Assembly (NCBI GenBank): GCA_048882045.1
Contig: JBHLRZ010000001.1
Location: 96,001 to 160,000, forward strand
Source of the DNA: Candidatus Thorarchaeota archaeon
GTDB lineage: Archaea; Asgardarchaeota; Thorarchaeia; Thorarchaeales; Thorarchaeaceae
Length of the DNA stretch: 64,000 bases
Direction: 5' to 3'
Part shown: piece by piece, positions 60,001-64,000 of the stretch
Numbering within the stretch: position 1 is the stretch's first letter
Layout: each line of letters opens with the position of its first letter
Notes under the pieces: generated by a model
Database searches by the model: none
Told to the model about the DNA's origin: nothing
Seen by the model: the letters and a program-made list of their open reading frames with translations, nothing else
Translations under genes and position numbers: made by a program

Positions 60001-60160
60001 GATTGAGGTTGAACCAGGTGTCAAGAAGAGTGTGACGGACGAGATGCGTTGCGAGGGTTGTGGAGCTTGTTGTGCCATCTGCCCGACAGGGGCTCGAGAC
60101 CTCAGATGGTGGCGTGAGAAGAGCATACTGGAAGAAACTGAAGAGATGCTGAGGGAGTAG
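57056..60160 (+). CDS. hdrA: Large heterodisulfide reductase subunit A-like protein with two FAD modules
   Basis: Two GGG.[AS]G FAD motifs, ferredoxin CxxCxxCxxxCP motifs, CVGSR..C.RVCC twice, internal RVGVFICHCG domain. Confidence 0.9.
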   Translation: MVSDSAKKPEHKTKPTDVLVIGGGMAGINASLGLANGGHHAHMIEKSVNIGGNYVAIYKIFPALECSACVMTPLTSFVGKHPNITIHPLSTVEKVTGKEGDFTVTIRKKARYVNEDKCTGCQLCIRSCPVEVPNEYDKGLSLRKAIYMNFPQQIPLIATIDRDACIGCGTCESVCPQDCIMYDDEDKVFDLNVGSIIMATGFQEYRPLDYSEYGYGIFPNVVTTMEYDRQSHPTGPTDSHMVRPSDGREPEKILFVNCVGSRDVRENISGYSEHCNRVCCSFGLKLAQVTRMHYPEDHCEIIYTYMDMRTAGKALEEFLWDSQRNRGINFIRGRVSEIQEDPDTHDLFVKMENTDTGEIIEIDKISMVVLNASFRPSEGSAELAKILKIDLSDAGWVKEKHPNASALETNRPGIFVAGCAHGPRDGTDSVNEGKGAAMAAHSILPVPTPEPAPEIPPADLGDEPRVGVFICHCGGIIGNEISSPGLADWAKDLPNVVYSTDYIFMCSDPGQQLVTDAIKEHKLNRVVVGSCSPLQHESTFRSALEAAGLSGYYLVGPVGLREHLALVHVNEDPEIRQEKAQDMIRSAVAKAVNNEEVPLKKVDVTPVSMVVGGGVSGMTAALDIARKGFEVILVEKQEKLGGRLNELYHVFPEMMSAQDIVDDLVSRVEKEKRIQVLLNSKVIAREGSYGNYDITVKNSESGEEEVHRIGSMVITVGTDVYEPKQGEYGWGEVPGVISTLELERRLRNGEIKKPPKNPVFIHCVGSRQNPGEGNRYCSRVCCSAVITMQNELKEMFPDIKIFSAYKEHIRPFANGMEEMWRENRQKGIAYLRWDRDKPVTVEKDPDADSAIVTIYDTLSQETLKIKSDLVILALGLEAPHDVDQFVKAMGINRGQDGFLAEMHMKYKPVETTVPGVFLGVTYAKNISDSVNQARGAASEACIPLNLGTVEIELLTAEVNQDLCVGCDLCHYSDICPYDAVSMIEVEPGVKKSVTDEMRCEGCGACCAICPTGARDLRWWREKSILEETEEMLRE

Positions 60161-60164
60161 AAAC

Positions 60165-60737
60165 GTGGTTTCACTGGATGGACTTCTAGCAGGGTGGAAA
60201 GTCCTGAATGATTTACTAGGAGCACTTAGAGAGAAGGATGTGTTCATTCCTGATCTGACCTATGCAGATCTTAGAAACTCAAAGATGAGCTTGGAATACT
60301 TGCGTTCTTTTGAGGATGAGATAAAGCCTCAGTCGCAGTGCGAGGAGGATGACAGACTAAAACACACGATGGAGCTTCAAATCCAGAGGCTCCGAGATAC
60401 TCTCATGATTTGGGCTGAAGAAAAGGAGGGCGTGGAATATCGGAGTTCATGGGATAACCGTTTTGACCAGGCAATTAGGGGAGAGAGTACTGAGTACGAA
60501 CCAGACCCAGTAGTTCATATCTCGGACATCCCGAGGGAGAAAGATGTCGGATTCTTTCGAATCAAGTTACCTGAAGACATCCCTGTGGAGGTAGTTTCTG
60601 AGATTGCGGAGGACTGTATGGTGAATATATCGCTGGATGGAGAAAGGCACCTCCAGGTCAGTGGTAAGAGGGAGTGTGTCCGGGACGCCATGAAGAGATT
60701 AGGTCAGATTTTTTATGGCGACAGTAAATTGACCTAG
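60165..60737 (+). CDS. DUF2096-like protein
   Basis: W.VL.DLL..LR..DLR.K; C-terminal RIKLP..V.G....VR.AMK. Confidence 0.6.
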   Translation: MVSLDGLLAGWKVLNDLLGALREKDVFIPDLTYADLRNSKMSLEYLRSFEDEIKPQSQCEEDDRLKHTMELQIQRLRDTLMIWAEEKEGVEYRSSWDNRFDQAIRGESTEYEPDPVVHISDIPREKDVGFFRIKLPEDIPVEVVSEIAEDCMVNISLDGERHLQVSGKRECVRDAMKRLGQIFYGDSKLT

Positions 60738-61618
60738 ATGCCCAGTGTTTCGTTTATGGGGTCCAGCGGTACTCTGTTCAGTTCAAATCCCAGAATTTGA
60801 GGATCTATTCCCATAGCAATGCCCAGGATCTGTGTCACAAAGAGCGCCGGTAACTCTAGGGAGTTTCCTTCGTCATCCTTGAGACCGATTTGCTGGATGT
60901 CAAACTGGGTATGACAAGCGGGACAATTTGTGACAACACAGTTGGCTCCAGCACCGTTTGCTGATACCATCTTCTCTTGCAGTATCTTTGTTGCTACATC
61001 CTCACTTGCAATGAGGAGAGGCGAACCACAGCAACGTAACTTCATGTCCCAGTGGACACTACTCGCACCTGTGAGCTCAATGAGCTCGTCAACCTTTCCA
61101 GGGAGCTCTGGATCATCGAAACCTGCCACAATGGATGGACGAATGAGATGGCAACCCGGGTGGAAAGCCACCTTCAGACCGTCCAAACGCTTGACGATCT
61201 TCTTGGCAATTTCATCCTTCATCTCATATAGGACTTCAACAAAGTGACGAATCTTCACCTTTCCTGTGTACTCTAGACCCAGAGGTTTGAGAGATGCATT
61301 GACTTTCTTCCTATATGACTCATCATCATGAAGCACGTGATCCGTGTCCTTCAGGGACCCGAAACATCCGTTGCAAGGAGTGACTATGTCGTGTCCCCTC
61401 TGCTCAGCCAGAGCAATGTTCCGACCAGACATTGAGAGCCAGCTGTTCTCATCGATTGATTTTAGGACTACAGTTCCACAGCAAGAAGCACCTTCAAAGT
61501 CGATGAGTTTGACACCAAGCTCTTTGGCAACTGCACGCATTGAAGACTCGTAGTTATTGAATCTGGATGGGATTGCACACCCTAGGAATACCTCGTAGCT
61601 CTGGGTCATCTCACTCAC
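60734..61618 (-). CDS. hdrB: Heterodisulfide reductase subunit B
   Basis: FLGC, SCCG, CNGC, HPGCH, CCG, CPACHTQFD (two CCG domains). Confidence 0.93.
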   Translation of the reverse strand: MSEMTQSYEVFLGCAIPSRFNNYESSMRAVAKELGVKLIDFEGASCCGTVVLKSIDENSWLSMSGRNIALAEQRGHDIVTPCNGCFGSLKDTDHVLHDDESYRKKVNASLKPLGLEYTGKVKIRHFVEVLYEMKDEIAKKIVKRLDGLKVAFHPGCHLIRPSIVAGFDDPELPGKVDELIELTGASSVHWDMKLRCCGSPLLIASEDVATKILQEKMVSANGAGANCVVTNCPACHTQFDIQQIGLKDDEGNSLELPALFVTQILGIAMGIDPQILGFELNRVPLDPINETLGI

Positions 61619-62129
61619 CCTCCTCCAATTTCATGAGCTTGGTCTTGTCTAACATTTTCTTGGTGTCAGCAACATTCAGCTCAGGGACTGGATCAAGCTC
61701 GAGATCATCGCGTTCCCAGTCTGTGGGCTCATAGAGTCGACCAGTATCATATAGTGACTGACGGGCACCGATGTATCCCTGAGGTGTGATACCTTTCTTG
61801 AATGCCATGTTCTTCAGTCCGAAGAGGATGTCAGTGATATCTATTCCCTGTGGGCAGCGTTCCTGGCATGTATAGCAGGTTGTGCAGAGCCAGACCATGT
61901 CAGTTTCTAGAACTTCCTTCAGTCCAAACAGGAGCATCCTCATGACTTCATGGATTTGGATGTTCACCTTGTCTGAAACAGGGCATCCTGCACTACATTT
62001 TGCACACTGGAAACAGGCGGTGAGATCCTTACCCCCAATAAGGGAAGAAACCTCGTTGGTGAATTCAGCATCCAAGGCGTCGAACTTCTTTCCTTCAAAT
62101 GATTTGAAATTACCCCAAGACTCTGTCAT
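61611..62129 (-). CDS. hdrC: Heterodisulfide reductase subunit C
   Basis: CFQCAKCSAGCP and WLCTTCYTCQERCP. Confidence 0.93.
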   Translation of the reverse strand: MTESWGNFKSFEGKKFDALDAEFTNEVSSLIGGKDLTACFQCAKCSAGCPVSDKVNIQIHEVMRMLLFGLKEVLETDMVWLCTTCYTCQERCPQGIDITDILFGLKNMAFKKGITPQGYIGARQSLYDTGRLYEPTDWERDDLELDPVPELNVADTKKMLDKTKLMKLEEGE

Positions 62130-62131
62130 AC

Positions 62132-64000
62132 CTAGCGCCTCCTCTGTCTCAGTGGACTAGGACCAAGCTTGTCAGCCAGTTCTGCATACCTCCTGACCGT
62201 GTCAGCCCAGATCGATCCTTCACTCGCACTAATATGTGTGAACTGCAATCGGTCTGGTTCAAGTCCAGCTTTCTCGATAATCTTCTTTGCAATGGCAAAT
62301 CTACGTTCGAATGAGATGTTGCCATCAACATAGTGACAATCTCCAATATGGCAACCTGATATCCACACCATGTCAGCTCCAAGTCTAAAGGCTTCTAGAA
62401 TATGCTGGACCGACACCCTTCCGGTGCACATGACTCTGATGTCCCTGACGTTCGGAGGTTGCTGGAACCTCGATACACCAGCACTGTCAGCACCCGCATA
62501 TGAGCACCAGTTGCAGAGGATCGTCAATATTCGGGAATCTGTTGGAGGCATGTCAACCAACGCGGTTCTAATCTGAGTGAGGATCTGGTCGTCAGTGAAG
62601 TGTTTCATGGTGATTGCGCCAGCAGGGCAACCAGCACCGCATTTGCCACAGCCTTGGCAGAGGACGGGATTGGTTACAGCGTAGTCATGACTTCCGTCAC
62701 CCGGAACAACCTCGATGGCATTGTACGCACAGTTAATCTCACAGGTTCCGCAACCTACGCATATCTCAGGATCTACAACAGAAACGATGGCTTCAGCCTT
62801 TCGAATACCTCGAATGAGTGGTATTAGTGCCCTGGAGGCAGCAGCCTGGCCCTCAGCGATGGACTCACTGATGCTCTTTGGAGCTGTGGCAGCTCCTGCA
62901 ACGAACACTCCGTCAGTCTGGAAATCAACAGGGCGAAGTTTGGGATGAGCCTCCATGAAGAAGCCTGACAAGTTCAATGGGACCTTGAAGAGCTCTGAAA
63001 GCGACTTGTTCGGTCGAGGAATCATTGCAGTAGCCAGAACTGTGTGATCGACTTCCATGGTCAGTTCAGCACCGAGAACTTGATCCATCACTGTAATAGA
63101 GAGAGCTTTGTCTTTGCCCTTCTTGACCTCTGGTGGAGAGTCCTTATCGAACCTCACAAAGACTACACCTTTCTTTCGGGCTTCCCTGTATTTGTCTTCA
63201 GCATCATAGAAGACCCGTAGGTCTCGATAGAAATGGAACACTCTGGAATTGGGATACTTCTCAAGCAGTTCGAGAGAATGTTCCAATGCCACCATGCAGC
63301 AAATTCCGGAACACCAGGTTCGGGACCCCTCTATTGAAGCTTCTTCACGAGACCCTGCACAATGGATCACTGCAAAGGTTCCCCCATCAGCGAATCCTTC
63401 ATCTGCGATTCGGCTATTGAACTCAACTTCAGTCATGACCTCAGGTAGTTGCTTGAGTCCATAGAGACCTTTCTCCTCCAGTGCCTCAGCGCCAGTTGCT
63501 ACAATGACAACACCAACAGTCAGTTGTTCCTTCTTTTTCTCACTCTTTACAACAACCTCGAATTCACCAATTGACCCCTTAGCTTCAATGACCTCAGAGT
63601 TGAGCATGAGAGTTATGTTCTCTGCTTTGTTGATTCGATCTTCATAGTCAGCTATGATTTCTGAAGCAGGTCTATTGTCGAAGTTAACTGTCTTGAGCTC
63701 GTTGAGAAATCCACCGACCTTGTCTTGTTTCTCAACCAGATAGACCTGGAACCCTTTCTTTGCGATTGTATCAGCAGCCGCCATTCCTGCAACTCCTGCC
63801 CCAATCACAAGTACTGTGGGTTCAATCTGAGTGACTGCTTCCTCTTGTGCTTCAAGAAGTTTTGCTCTTGCTACTGACATCCGTACAAGATCCATGGCTT
63901 TCGATGTTGCTTCATCTTTGTCAGCCTGATGTACCCAAGAACAGTGTTCTCGAATATTGGCCAGCTCGAACAGGTACTTGTTCAGTCCCGCTTCTTCAAT
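62132..64000 (-). CDS. hdrA: HdrA-MvhD fusion, 5' end outside window
   Basis: Frame open to window end (..ANIREHCSWVH..); GAGVAG FAD motif, ferredoxin motifs; C-terminal MvhD CNWCSY..MCTGRV..GCHIGDCHY. Confidence 0.9.
   Translation of the reverse strand: MEEAGLNKYLFELANIREHCSWVHQADKDEATSKAMDLVRMSVARAKLLEAQEEAVTQIEPTVLVIGAGVAGMAAADTIAKKGFQVYLVEKQDKVGGFLNELKTVNFDNRPASEIIADYEDRINKAENITLMLNSEVIEAKGSIGEFEVVVKSEKKKEQLTVGVVIVATGAEALEEKGLYGLKQLPEVMTEVEFNSRIADEGFADGGTFAVIHCAGSREEASIEGSRTWCSGICCMVALEHSLELLEKYPNSRVFHFYRDLRVFYDAEDKYREARKKGVVFVRFDKDSPPEVKKGKDKALSITVMDQVLGAELTMEVDHTVLATAMIPRPNKSLSELFKVPLNLSGFFMEAHPKLRPVDFQTDGVFVAGAATAPKSISESIAEGQAAASRALIPLIRGIRKAEAIVSVVDPEICVGCGTCEINCAYNAIEVVPGDGSHDYAVTNPVLCQGCGKCGAGCPAGAITMKHFTDDQILTQIRTALVDMPPTDSRILTILCNWCSYAGADSAGVSRFQQPPNVRDIRVMCTGRVSVQHILEAFRLGADMVWISGCHIGDCHYVDGNISFERRFAIAKKIIEKAGLEPDRLQFTHISASEGSIWADTVRRYAELADKLGPSPLRQRRR

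Noticed and set aside
57056-64000. Selenocysteine recoding in HdrA/MvhD
   Set aside because: All visible Cys motifs use Cys codons and the frames are uninterrupted
1-64000. Mobile elements or provirus
   Set aside because: No transposase, integrase, terminal inverted repeats or capsid-like genes recognised

Overview
Gene-dense archaeal chromosomal segment, very likely from an Asgard archaeon (Thorarchaeia-like). It carries a eukaryote-like actin, the archaeal proteasome/exosome superoperon (psmA-SBDS-rrp4-rrp41-rrp42-rpl37ae-Brix-pcc1-pfdB-DUF3194-DHH), t6A/KEOPS genes, hutIHU, a class II photolyase, ECF, Zn-type and ABC-2 transporters, a sugar-catabolic/AOR operon and a heterodisulfide reductase cluster. 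I saw no rRNA, tRNA, CRISPR array or transposase. The most intriguing stretch is 10.9-17.1 kb. Actin shares a divergent promoter with a wHTH-CARF regulator followed by an RNase III/Mini-III-like nuclease. These converge on a SAMHD1-like HD hydrolase and a stand-alone PriL-type Fe-S domain protein, next to a cytoplasmic ITFG2/BBS2-like beta-propeller. Also notable are a multi-hairpin leader upstream of psmA, acidic tails on Rrp4, Rrp41 and L37Ae, absence of rpo12 from the superoperon, several hairpin+T-tract terminators, and an LsrK-like kinase/aldolase/AOR pathway. All calls come from motif recognition by eye; no searches were run.
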